DNA from: Octopus bimaculoides
Taxonomy: Eukaryota
Direction: 5' to 3'
DNA: 64,000 nucleotides
Assembly: GCF_001194135.2 (NCBI RefSeq)
Contig: NC_068986.1
Coordinates: 37,130,582 to 37,194,581, forward strand
The notes beneath the pieces were generated by a model. It searched no databases. It saw nothing but the letters and a program-made list of their open reading frames with translations, and was not told where the DNA came from. Positions 39,192 through 51,574 of this stretch are shown here, piece after piece; position 1 is the first letter of the stretch; each line of letters starts with the position of its first letter. The translations under genes were made by a program, and so were the position numbers.

Positions 39192-41462
39192 GCGTGTGTG
39201 TGTGTGGGGGGTGCTTGCACAAAAGTGGGAGAACTACACATGACTACACTGACTTCAATGGGGCTTCAACTTAAAACAGAGTGTGACAAAACTAAATTAT
39301 TTAAGGCATCTGGTTTCTCTTTGTCTCAGTTATCTCTACTGACCATCCATGCATGTGAGCTTGACTCCAGCCATAAATCCACCCACCCATACCCTTCTCC
39401 ATCCAAAAATCTAACTTCAGGCATCTATTGGCCAACTCAACGTCCAACTCCATGCCACCAATATTTATTAAATTTCTAACAGCATAGTATCCCATATCTA
39501 AACCCTATCCTCCTCATATCTAACCCCCACCAATCAGTTCCTATGATCCTGTCAGCTACTTATGTGATTCCTCCCTTCACTCAACCTATATTTGACACCC
39601 TATTTTACCGTTATTTATCCATCTTTCTTTGTCAACCTTCTCTGCCAGTCTTTGTATTTCCTCTCTCTCCTCAATTATCCCTTACTAATACTTTCAACTA
39701 ATCCACATACTCTCTGCCTAGCATACCACTTTGTCAAATCGAGTCCATAAGATATTTATTTGTGCATTTCCATCACCACCACTCCTTCCCATACCATGCA
39801 AACTAACCATCACAGCCAATGCACATACTCTCATTCATTTCAATACTGCCTCTCCCTTCCTTCAATCCTTCGTCAACAAATTACCTCGTCCTTCATCATA
39901 ACAATCATTGTTACACATCTTGCACCCTCTTCCAAATAAAATAATACAAGTAAACACATATAACATTACATCCTTATTGTTGCTGTTTTACTTTTTAACT
40001 TTTATTTATTTATTCATTCATTCTTTCCTAATCTATTAGATTTCATTTATTACATAGCACAAGGGGCTGCTAACTAAATGAAAGGGCTTTTGTTCTAACC
40101 ATCCTACCTCAACCAGAATATATCCTGACCAACTTTGCAGAAATTCACTTTTTTCTATTTGCCTAACCATTTATCCAGACTGGTATTAATTTAATTTAGC
40201 AGAGGGCTGTAGTTGGTGTGTGGTCGATGAAGGGGTGAGTGATCCAAGGCATTTTCAGACACAGGTCATCAATGAAATTGAATGAGGATGTTGTGATGCT
40301 CTCCAGTTTCAAACATCTCTTGTTTTTTAGGGGATTTTTTTAATGTAGTATAACTAGGATTACATTATTCAATGAGCCCTTTTTGAAGAACAACAGAGTT
40401 TAACTGAAAGGAGATCTGACGGATCTTTACCATTTGGATGCCAAGGTTTCAAAAATTAAAGTTTATCGAAAATTTTTAAAATTTGGTGCATTAATGTAGT
40501 TTTTGAGCTGAACTGCTGGAGTTATTTCACTTTTTCCAGAAATTTTTTTCTAAAAAATTATAGAGGTTTAAAGTTTGATCATTTTCACCCAATCAGGAAA
40601 CAGAATTTAGAAGCTGTCATTTTGTGCACCATTTTGTCAACATCCTGAAAATAGCACGTGTTGTCAATATTAGTATTCTACACACAGAAAATGAGTAAAC
40701 AACACATCTTTTGTAGTTTTTAAGCATTCAATTTGCATTTAATGCACAGCACATTGCAAATTAAATATTTAAAAAAACAAACCTTTTAGCATTCGATATG
40801 CATTTCAGTGGGCAAAATAGTAGAATATAGTGTAAACAAGTGGTTTCAATATATTTGTCAACACATGCTTTCTCACAGACAAAAGAATTCTCATGTTCGG
40901 CTTGTTATTATGGAAACAGACATGAATGTGTGTGGCTTACAATTGGCTAAAATTACCCAAAATATTCAAACTTTAATAGCTATTAACTCTTTATTTATTG
41001 ATTTATAACAAAAATGATTTTTCATGGCATTGATTAGTCAATAAAAGTGTATCATAACACTGAATATAAAATCAATTCAAACAGAAGTTGAAATTAGCAG
41101 CCAAACAGAAAAGATCTGATCTGAGAGTTTCTCTTTGGCTCAGGCAGTAGCAGTCTTTATGTTAAGGGTTGATGTGGTAGATCACAACAATGTGTGTGTG
41201 TGTGTGTGTGTACTAGTTTGTTTACATCCCTGTAACTTACCAAAAGATAAAGTACCAGACTTAAAATTTGTGCTGGAGTCAATTAAAATCAGCTAAACTT
41301 ATGATCAGTTCAATGGCTAAAGCAAGTACAAGAAAAAATACATATATATACATATATATATATATAAAAATACATATATATACATATATATATATATATA
41401 TACATAAAAATACATATATATACATACATACATATATATATGTATACATATATATACATATA

Positions 41463-41496
<34 letters not shown>

Positions 41497-41548
41497 CATA
41501 CAAACACACACACATACACACACTATCTATAGCACAATTTGCACTCAC

Positions 41549-41575
41549 CTGAAGCAGAGAGATAAAAGAATTTTG
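41549..41575 (-). other. Candidate 27-nt microexon
   Basis: Minus strand tttttttctgttgtcctcctatcag|CAAAATTCTTTTATCTCTCTGCTTCAG|gtgagt; splice signals only. Confidence 0.2.
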
Positions 41576-41698
41576 CTGATAGGAGGACAACAGAAAAAAA
41601 TTTAATTATCTTGTAAGGAGAAGAAAAAGAGAGGATGAGTGTTAAGCAGGCATGATCTTTGCAGGCAGAGAAATTATTCCAGTGACACCCCCACTCAC

Positions 41699-41755
41699 CT
41701 GTCCACCCAAAGTGTTATAAAAATCAACACCAACATAAATGAGTCCCTTACATAT
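41699..41755 (-). other. Candidate 57-nt exon
   Basis: Minus strand tgttcatag|ATATGT...GGTGGACAG|gtgagt; two open frames; no homology recognised. Confidence 0.18.
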
Positions 41756-42035
41756 CTATGAACACTTCAGTGATATAAGGGGCGGAGAGAGAAAGTTTAT
41801 ATATTTTAGAAGTAGTAATACTAAATTATTGACGATCTCATCATGCAATTAAAACAGTATTTTGCACTCAGTTAACTTTAAACTGGTGCGACACCTTGCT
41901 GCTATCTACAGCAATAATAACAGTCACCTGTGTTAATTGTTGTTTAACTCCAGGTGAACCCTGATTGAGAAGCCCTGATCAAAAGTGTTCCAGCCAGGTC
42001 CATCTGTTTTGGGGTTTTTTATTTTTTATTATTAT

Positions 42036-42492
42036 AGGCACAAGTATGGCTTTGTGGTTAAAAGTTTTATTTTCCAGACATGTTATCTTCAGGTTTTGTC
42101 TCACAACATGACATCATGGGCAAGTATCTTGGGAAGTAAATTTGGTAGATAGAAAGAAATTGCACTGAAGCCTGTCTTACATGAGTGAATGCGTGATTGT
42201 GTGTGTGTGTGTGTGTGCCCACGTATGTGTGCATGTGCACGCAAGTATGCATGCTTGTGTGTGTGTGTGTGTGTGCATGTTTGTGTGTGTGAGTGTGTTG
42301 TAACAGACACTGTTTGACAACTGATGTCCCTTTGTTTACATCCCCAAAACTCAGCAGTTTGTTGAAAAAACAACAGAATATGTACAAGACTTAAAATAAG
42401 TACCGGGGCTGATTTGATTGACCAAACCCTTTATAGTGGTGCCCCAGTATGGATATAGTTCAATGACTGAAAGAAGTAAATAAATAAAAGAT
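42036..42492 (+). mobile_element. SINE family B, decayed, internal (TG)n
   Basis: aggcacaagtatggctttgtggttaaaag..catgggcaagtatctt..tttggtaga..gtttgacaactgatg..aataagtaccggggctgatttg..ggtgccccagtatgg..caatgactgaaagaagtaaa. Confidence 0.78.
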
Positions 42493-42689
42493 GTATATTA
42501 TCCAAAGTAACTAATTTGAGTGAGATTAAATTGCTATTTCTAGCAAGTCAGATGATCACATAAAGGCTCTTTTGTTGGCTGACTTCTGTGTTGCATAGGA
42601 AACCAAAATGAAAAGTGATGTCTTTCAGAAAGAAAACCAAGATGAGAGTATAGGAAGCTTTATAAAAGAAAACGTTAAGCAAAGTATAA

Positions 42690-43067
42690 ATGCAGGTATG
42701 GCTGAGTTAGAAGCTTGGTTGTCAACTATGTGGTCTTGGGTTCAGTCCAACTGAGTAGCACATTGGGCAAGCGTCTTCTACTATAAACCCAAGCTGACCA
42801 AAGTTTTTGTGAGTGAATTTCATAGATGAAAACTGAAAGGAACCCGTCGTGTGTGTGTGTGTGTGTCATATTTGTTTCCCACTACCACTTGACAAATAGT
42901 GTTTATTTCTTCATATCTCAATAACTTAGCTGTTCAGCAAAAAAAGCTGACAAAAATAAACACCAGACTTGAAAAAAAAATAAGCACTGGAGTCAATTTA
43001 TTCAACTAAAATTCTTGAAGGTAGTTCCCCCAGCATGGCAGCAGTCGAATGACAGAAACAAGTAAAC
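42690..43067 (+). mobile_element. SINE family B, decayed
   Basis: tgcaggtatggctgag..gggttcagtcc..cattgggcaagcgtcttctactata..gctgaccaaag..aaactgaaaggaacccgtcg(tg)n..ccccagcatggcagcagtcgaatgacagaaacaagtaaa. Confidence 0.82.
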
Positions 43068-43910
43068 GTAAGTAAACGAAGGCAAAAGAGTTTCAAGTAA
43101 GAAATGAAACCAATTCACAGACTTTGTTTTCATGAGAACTTTACAGCCATAACACCACAGTTTGTGCCGCATATCACTATTCATGTCACACATTAGAGTT
43201 CCTGCCACAAACCAAAGTTCCTGCTATGCATTTAACAATGGATGTTATAGGGTTGGCTAGGTTTTTCCATTTGTATCAGAGTGCAAACTGCTCATTTGTT
43301 CAGCTGCCTTATTTCTGGTGTACACATAATGAAAACGGATGACAGTTGATGAAAACTACATCTTGTGTTATACTGTCCTAACACTAAGGTTTTGTCAATG
43401 AAATTGGCAAATGGCAGCAGAGAAAGATTAAAGGCTGGCCGACTGGCTGGTTGGCTGGCAATATGAATGGAAGGGATTCCAGGGTCAGTGAGGTGGCAAT
43501 AAGAGGAAGAGAAAAAGAAATGAAAATTATGAAACAAATATGTTGGGAGGGAAAGCAAAGGAGTGAAAGTAGAGAAAGAATAATGAAAGGGAAAACAGGG
43601 TGGAGAAAAAAATTACCTAAAGGAAAAAAATGCCAAGGGAAGAATATAATAGAATAATAGAATTTCCCTGGAAAAAAGAAATGGGTATTGAACCAATACA
43701 TGAACAGAATGTAAATGGTAAAAATTCAAAATTAAAAATATAGTGTATATACATTGCTGAATGTGTAAGTATAAAGACACACGCACACACACACACACAC
43801 ACACAAATATTTACATAAACACACACATATATGCATGCACATATATACACACGTATATACATATATACACACATGCATCCATTATGTATGCATGTAAATG
43901 CATACACGTG

Positions 43911-43949
<39 letters not shown>

Positions 43950-44518
43950 ATGTATTATGTATGTATGCATATATATACACATATACATACACACACTAAC
44001 ATAAATGTATGTACATGTGTGCAAGATAGTGCATATAACTTGGAGGATTCTGCACTGAATGGAGAACATAGTACAGTCAACAACAGTGAAGTTATTGGCA
44101 AAAACACACATCAAATTGCAGACCTAACAAAACTAATAGGGAACAGAGATTCCTATCAGTGAGGAGCAAAAAGTATCTCAGATGCAAGCAGCTCAAATAC
44201 ACACACACACACGTACACACACACACAAATTCTGGGTTCAGCTGTCCAGAGGAAGATGGGGCCACTTAGAATAAAATATTCAAAACATAAATACTGAGTG
44301 TTAATGTTTCATTAATACAGTAAATCAAGTGATGGATATACATCTCGCAGGAAACGGCTTTCATCTCAGAAGGTGACACAATCATCACATTCGTGAAAAT
44401 ATACGTGTGTGCACGCGTGTGTCTGTGTTTGTACAAACACACACACGCAAACACAATAAGCTACATAGTGTAATATACGTATATATATATATATATATAT
44501 ATATATATNNNNNNNNNN

Positions 44519-44766
44519 CATAAAATACACCATTTTGAGCGTGGCCGTTGTCAGTACCGCCTGACTGGCCTTCGTGCGGGTGGCACGTAAAAGCACCCAC
44601 TACTCTCTGAGTGGTTGGCGTTAGGAAGGGCATCCAGCTGTAGAAACTCTGCCAAATCAGATTGGAGCCTGGTGTAGCCATCTGGTTTCACCAGTCCTCA
44701 GTCAAATCGTCCAACCCATACTAGCACGGAAAGCGGACGTTAAACGATGATGATGATGATGATGAT
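44519..44766 (+). mobile_element. SINE family E 3' half, young copy, (GAT)n tail
   Basis: Near-identical to 8210-8437; contains gtggttggcgttaggaagggcatccagctgtagaaa; preceded by (TA)n and a gap. Confidence 0.9.
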
Positions 44767-44799
44767 ACACATACATACACACACACATACATCAGTAAA

Positions 44800-45036
44800 A
44801 TAAATGTACTTAGGTACTGCTCAAGCCCTGGGCATACAGTGCTAGTTACCCGGTTGTACGAAAATGACAATAACCCTTCTGAATGGAACAATAGTCCATC
44901 GCAGGGTTACTAATTTACTGCTGGGTGGATTGGAGCTATATGAAATGAAGTGTTTTGCTCAAGAACACAACACGTCACCCAAAACCATGATCTCGTCATC
45001 GTGAATACAAAACACTAACCACAAGGCCACGCAACT
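44800..45036 (-). mobile_element. SINE family C-like copy
   Basis: agtccatcgcagggttactaattt..ctgggtggattggagc..tgaaatgaagtgttttgctcaagaacacaacacgtc..aacactaaccacaaggccacgc. Confidence 0.78.
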
Positions 45037-45422
45037 CTACTGATCTGTCCACACATACGTTAAAAAAATTTTTTTCATCATTAAATATTTATTTAAAGAC
45101 ATTATTTTAAAGAAATTTCAAAAATAAAATATTTACAGATAGGGAGACTCAATACAAAAAGTAGAGCCAAATTCTACAATAAAATTCGTTTTCACCGAGG
45201 ACAGTCAAAACGAATTTTATTATGAATCTATTGATCGTTAAACAAAATCGACAGCACAGGAGGATAAAGGTTTTTATCTGCAATAATTTTTCTCTAACAC
45301 CTTATCTCATAAACACCCGCTTTCTTTCTTTCAAATTTTCACTAGGACCAAAGAGAGGTCGGGTCATACTTCTACGTCACAACAGTTATGAGTAACCAAA
45401 CAGGAATTCCAAGTGCTCTATC

Positions 45423-45479
<57 letters not shown>

Positions 45480-45826
45480 GTATATTATATATATGTATTT
45501 ATATATGTATGTATTTATATATGTATATATATATATGTGTGTGGGTGTTTGTATTATGTATGTGTGTGTGTGTATTATACATACAAATATAGGTACATGT
45601 GTTATATGTATATGCATACAAACACACAAGAACAAAAATAGATTTAAAAGAAACAACCACTTAATGTGAGTTTTCCTAATCTCACTAAGTATGTCAACCT
45701 TAGAATGTAGCTGTGGTGTATATAAAATAGCCTGAAAGTTGTAACATATGCACAAAATACCAATGTCAATTGAATAGAGAGTCTTGTAAGTACTGGTGTC
45801 TATATATGTGTGTATACGTATGGAAA

Positions 45827-45858
<32 letters not shown>

Positions 45859-46047
45859 GGGGAATGAAAGGTGAAGGGAGAAAAGTAAAAGAGAGAGGGG
45901 GGGAAAGACTTGTGGCTAGGTGACAGTCACCAGTACAGGTGATCACCTCCAGTTTCCCACCACTTCTGAAACCGTGCACCCATACCATCCTCGTCCTCTC
46001 ATTTAGACATTACATTATTAAGTCCAAATAGGAGGCCGCAGCGTTAC

Positions 46048-46085
46048 CTCTGGCAGTGTGCTTCTTTTCAGGAATGAAGTGTGTG
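46048..46085 (-). other. Candidate 5' (probably UTR) exon
   Basis: Minus strand tttttttttcactctcctcgtag|CACACAC...GCCAGAG|gtaacg, inside the CpG-rich domain. Confidence 0.22.
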
Positions 46086-46735
46086 CTACGAGGAGAGTGA
46101 AAAAAAAAGGAGAGTGAAAGAAAAAGAGAGAGAGAGAGAGAGNNNNNNNNNNNNNNNNNNNNNNNNNNNNNNNNNNNNNNNNNNNNNNNNNNNNNNNNNN
46201 NNNNNNNNNNNNNNNNNNNNNNNNNNNNNNNNNNNNNNNNNNNNNNNNNNNNNNNNNNNNNNNNNNNNNNNNNNNNNNNNNNNNNNNNNNNNNNNNNNNN
46301 NNNNNNNNNNNNNNNNNNNNNNNNNNNNNNNNNNNNNNNNNNNNNNNNNNNNNNNNNNNNNNNNNNNNNNNNNNNNNNNNNNNNNNNNNNNNNNNNNNNN
46401 NNNNNNNNNNNNNNNNNNNNNNNNNNNNNNNNNNNNNNNNNNNNNNNNNNNNNNNNNNNNNNNNNNNNNNNNNNNNNNNNNNNNNNNNNNNNNNNNNNNN
46501 NNNNNNNNNNNNNNNNNNNNNNNNNNNNNNNNNNNNNNNNNNNNNNNNNNNNNNNNNNNNNNNNNNNNNNNNNNNNNNNNNNNNNNNNNNNNNNNNNNNN
46601 NNNNNNNNNNNNNNNNNNNNNNNNNNNNNNNNNNNNNNNNNNNNNNNNNNNNNNNNNNNNNNNNNNNNNNNNNNNNNNNNNNNNNNNNNNNNNNNNNNNN
46701 NNNNNNNNNNNNNNNNNNNNNNNNNNNNNNNNNNN

Positions 46736-46783
<48 letters not shown>

Positions 46784-47680
46784 CGCGCGCGTGTGTATGA
46801 ACGTGTGTGCGTATGTTTGTGTTACCTGGCTATATAACAGGTGGGCAGGTGAATAGAGTGTGAGTATACTGATTGATCAGAATGAATGACATTGACAACT
46901 ATTATGATTAACCAGGGCCTATGATAATGGCGACAGTAACAAACGTGGAGATGTCAATGTTTGTAACGATTACGATGACTGATCTACCATCGTCTCAGCG
47001 CGCGAGCACATGCACGGAAGCGCGCACACACACATACACACACACCCGTTGTTGCTAACAAAAATAGCTTATGCTTCGGAAACATAATTATAACAAATTA
47101 ATAAAGGTTACTAATTTGCCCCCGGCTAGTGATAATTAAGCAGAGAACTTCAAAGGTGTGTAGATAAGGTGGGTCTTAGCCTCTCAGCTAAAACGGCCTA
47201 AGTTTGTTTCTGCACAGAGAACTCAGCTCTGAGAAGGACACTGGATTTTTTCACATTTTGTAGAAAGTTGTTAGATATGGAAACCGAATCACTTCCATAT
47301 CAAAACCTACTGTCTTAAAACAAAAAAAAATGAAGACTACATTAAATAATATAATCCCAGACGCTTTGTCTCAACAATAAGATAATAAAAATCAAATTGC
47401 CAGCTAAATATTGTAGATATTCAAAGAAAGCAAACGAAATTAGAGTTGATTTGTTGAGGAGTTGGGGTTTTGGACAGTTGTCGAAGGGAAATATTATGGA
47501 GGTTAATAACGCGGTCACAGAAAGAGGTGAAAGAGTAACAGGGAGTGTGGTGAGAGGAGGAAGAAGAATGGTCCGAGTAGTGTGGACCAGAAGCAACGTG
47601 GAATAAGTAAAGTGAGGTGTATGCAGACTTCCTAGCGTTATTACGAACGTCAAGCAAATGCTCGAGAAAACACGTCTCCC

Positions 47681-47705
47681 AAAAGGCGGCCCATTTCACG
47701 GAAGT
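47681..47705. promoter_or_regulatory. Candidate core-promoter motifs (ETS/GABP-type CGGAAGT; YY1-like)
   Basis: aaaaggcggcccatttcaCGGAAGT in one of the CpG-densest unique stretches. Confidence 0.25.
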
Positions 47706-50700
47706 ATAAGTGCGCCACAGAGGTTGAAAGTAATGCATTACATACCGTAAAGTGCAGTTAAAAGATACAGATCACGGTGTCTGTATACTCGAAATACCAC
47801 CCGGTATATTGTATGGCTGTTCACAGCAGTATTAAAATAAAATAGTGCAATGCAACAATAGTTTACTATTGTTAAGCCATAGATTTCTAGAGAACTATGT
47901 TAGTACTTATGTCAATTCCAAGGAAAGCACGTTCGCTGAGATAAATTTCAAAAGATAAGCACAAGAAATAGAAAAAAAACTGAGCTGGTGGTCTCCACCG
48001 CTTTACAGGCCCAGTGCACCTAGGAAATGTTTGAGTAATTTTCGCACCCCCCACGAAAGTAATACTGTACTTGAATATGAAAATGTCAATTTTCTCTAAC
48101 AAATTTTTAATTGAAGAGCATATTGTAGAGTGGTAAGTAAATACACGCAAAATATAGATTTTTGATTTAATTCATAATATACAAATTGGCAAGTAGAAAA
48201 AGTATAGTAGACAGTAAAATCAATCACAGTTGTGAACATAAAGTTCAATAACTTCTTATTTCTTTCCTCCCTTTTCACGACTTAACAAAACGTGCAACTT
48301 TTTTGCCGATTGTGATCCACAGGTTTGTCTACGGATTCCTAGATTTTCTCTTGTTTGAAGAAAGAAAACTGAATCTAGATTCACACACACACATGTCGTT
48401 GCAAACAGAATCTACATGTTAAATCTACATGTGTAAAATCATTAAGTTCTTGGTGTGCATAGAATCCTAAACACTCCGGAATAGGGCACATACTTTTTGC
48501 AGTAAAGGTAAACCGGCATATGGGGGATTCCAGCAAGCTAACTTCCTATTATAACGTTTCGCTTTCTTTCCTTTTGCACATTGTTGTTTTCCATGCCATG
48601 TGTCATAGGAAGACAGCTATTTGAGATCAAACAAATACTGAATAGTCCTCACTGGCAAAGACAAATACGTTCTTACAGCTGTGTTATTAACCTAGAAACA
48701 TGCTGAAGGTAAGCTCATTCCTTGAGTTATAGTAACTTTATTAGTAAATTTATTAGTGGGCAAGAAATAGTGCTATAATCATAGAGAGGTATCAAGCCAA
48801 GCGGCTTTAAGCACCAGAATCATAAACTAAATTATATTAAATATAGAACTATACAAGTTGTTGTTTATAAACCCTGGGTCCTGATTGAGTGGACTTATGA
48901 CCAAAAGCAATCAAGCGGTAACACTTCTGTCTTTTTAATTCTAGGTTTACTGTTCCTCGAGTCTAAACAGTGTTTTCATTTTGACAGAGAGTGAATTTTA
49001 TGAAATGTGGCTATGTCTTGCAGACCGATCAGCCATGACGAAGATCCTTCATAGACACGTTCTATCACGAAGATTTTGCATGAAAATGCACGTAGTCTTG
49101 CTTTTCATTCTTTTACTGGTTTCAATCATTGGTCTGCGGCCATACTAGGACATCGCTTTCAAGGATATCAGTCGATTTTTATCGATCCCTGAACGTATTT
49201 CAGTCTGGTTTTTTGTTGGCTTTTTTTTTTTTTTTGCACATTTTCGATCTATATTTATCGAATCGTAAAAAAAAAACCCTTTTTGATACGACATTGGTTT
49301 TACACCGATAAACAGTCTCTCATAAAGTTAGGTAATTTAGTTAAGATACTTAACGCAGTTTGCAAAAACTGTCGAAATCATAATAGTATTTGCAGTGCCA
49401 TGGAAAGTATACAAATGTATGTAATAAGGTTTATTACAAGTGGAATCCATGGCCCAGTTTCAATCGTACTGTACCAATGAACTCGGTTTTTGAGAAACTT
49501 CCTGTTTCTTTCAGCACTGAAATGCTCCAGAAAACGACGGCAAATACACAAGAAATATTATTATACTCTCATTGAAACACTCCCGAGTGCGTCTATGTGG
49601 TTTGTTCCTCACAAATACCTCTATTTGTTTAGTTACAACTTTATAGTTAGTAAATTACCGGAAACCTTTGATGGGATGTTTATTAAAGTTAGTTCAACTG
49701 CCGACCAATCTAACAACCAAGCAGAATAAATATCAAAAGTCGAGCTCAAAGAGAGAGAGCCGCTCTCTATGTGGCTGCTCGAGCTGCAAGAAATAACAAC
49801 CAGAACGTCCTCAAATTACCGCCGACTATTTCAAAAGAGGACACACACATTGAATAATGTCGTCTTGAATGAAGTATGTCTGAAAAAATGTCCGCGATTG
49901 TAAAGTTTATTATTGCTAAGCACTGACATTGAGTCCAATATACGGGAGAGAAAAGATTAAAAAAAAGCTGCTTATGACAAAACAGACCCTTTTCGCAATT
50001 GTCTGTAGCAAGACATTTATGCAATGCAGCGAATATTTAGCAACTTGTTGAGGTATTAGCGAAAGGATGTAAACGGAGCGAAATAATGAAAATTAATGTA
50101 TATAATGTATACAGTGTTAATTAACTTTTCTCGTACTGTACGTTTCTATATATATATATATATGCGCGTGTATATACACACACAAACACTTATATATATG
50201 TATGTCTATGCATGTATATGTATGTGTGTGTGTCTGTATGCATGTATATATTTATGTATGTATGTATGTATGAGTACAGATATATATATATATATATAGA
50301 TATATAGGAAGCCCTCTGTTGTAATGAACTTGGAGCACCAAATAAGATAACACTATTCGTGATTATTATAGGCGGCTTCTCTCTCTTTCTCAGGTCACCC
50401 CTGAAGGAGTAGACGTATGATCAAAATCATGTCCCCCCCCCTCTCTCTCTCTCTCTCTCACTATATNNNNNNNNNNNNNNNNNNNNNNNNNNNNNNNNNN
50501 NNNNNNNNNNNNNNNNNNNNNNNNNNNNNNNNNNNNNNNNNNNNNNNNNNNNNNNNNNNNNNNNNNNNNNNNNNNNNNNNNNNNNNNNNNNCAGGGTATG
50601 ATTTAAGTGAAATCTTGAGTGTTACTTCTTGGAAATTGGCGACAATGTTAGAGGTCCTCTTGTTGGATGTGTATGTGTGTCTATTTGTGTATGCATCCTA

Positions 50701-51146
50701 CCGCACCCTCCGGATGCACAGAGCCTTTTTACGCACGATCTCACGCCATATTAAGTTTTTGAGTCCATTACAATTTCAGAGGCCAGTTTCTCTTTGACAG
50801 CAAGCTCTATATGAACGTTTCGCAGTAAAGTTTACTTTTGATGGGACCATTTTAAGGTGGAGAAGTTGTACTTAAAACAGAAAGCGCTGGAACAGATACC
50901 GCAAAGCATCTCGTACCACTTATTAACAATTCTACCACTCCTTTATTTATCAACTTCGAAGGGATGAAAGACAAAGTTGACCTCGATAGTATGTGTGTAC
51001 GCACACACACACACACGACAAAAGTAAATAGACACCCTTATAATCATAAAGATTTATTTAAATCTGAAATTATACATTCAAATTATTTATTAATTGTTAT
51101 AATGTGAATATTTGATAATTAGTAGACATGCCCTTTGCATCTTTCA

Positions 51147-51574
51147 ATGCACAAGGCCAGTAATTTGGGGGAAATGTGTAAGTCAATTAATTACATCGAC
51201 CCCGGTACTCATCTACTACTTATTTTATCGATCCCAAAAGGATAAAAGGCAAAAGCGACCGCGACGGGATTTGAACTCGGAACATGAATGAAAACAAACG
51301 AAATGGTGCTATGCATTTTGCTCGGCGTTCTGACGATTCTACCAGCTTGTCACCTTGACTCTCACATTTTGACCACAACGCCATCAAGTTCTGGGGACGA
51401 GGTAAGTCGATTATACTGACCCCAAGTGCTCAACTGGTACTTTATTTTGTCAACCCCGAAAGGATAAAAGGTAAAGTTGACTCGGTGGAATTTGAACTCA
51501 GAAAGGAAATTAGGACGAAATGCCGCTAAGTATTATTTCCCGGTGTGCTAACGATTCTGCTAGCTTGCCGCTTT
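51147..51574 (-). mobile_element. Two tandem SINE family A copies retaining CpGs
   Basis: Units at 51147-51357 and 51369-51574, each with tacatcgacccc/tatactgacccc..aaaggataaaagg.aaa..tttgaactc..acgattct.c.agctt. Confidence 0.88.
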
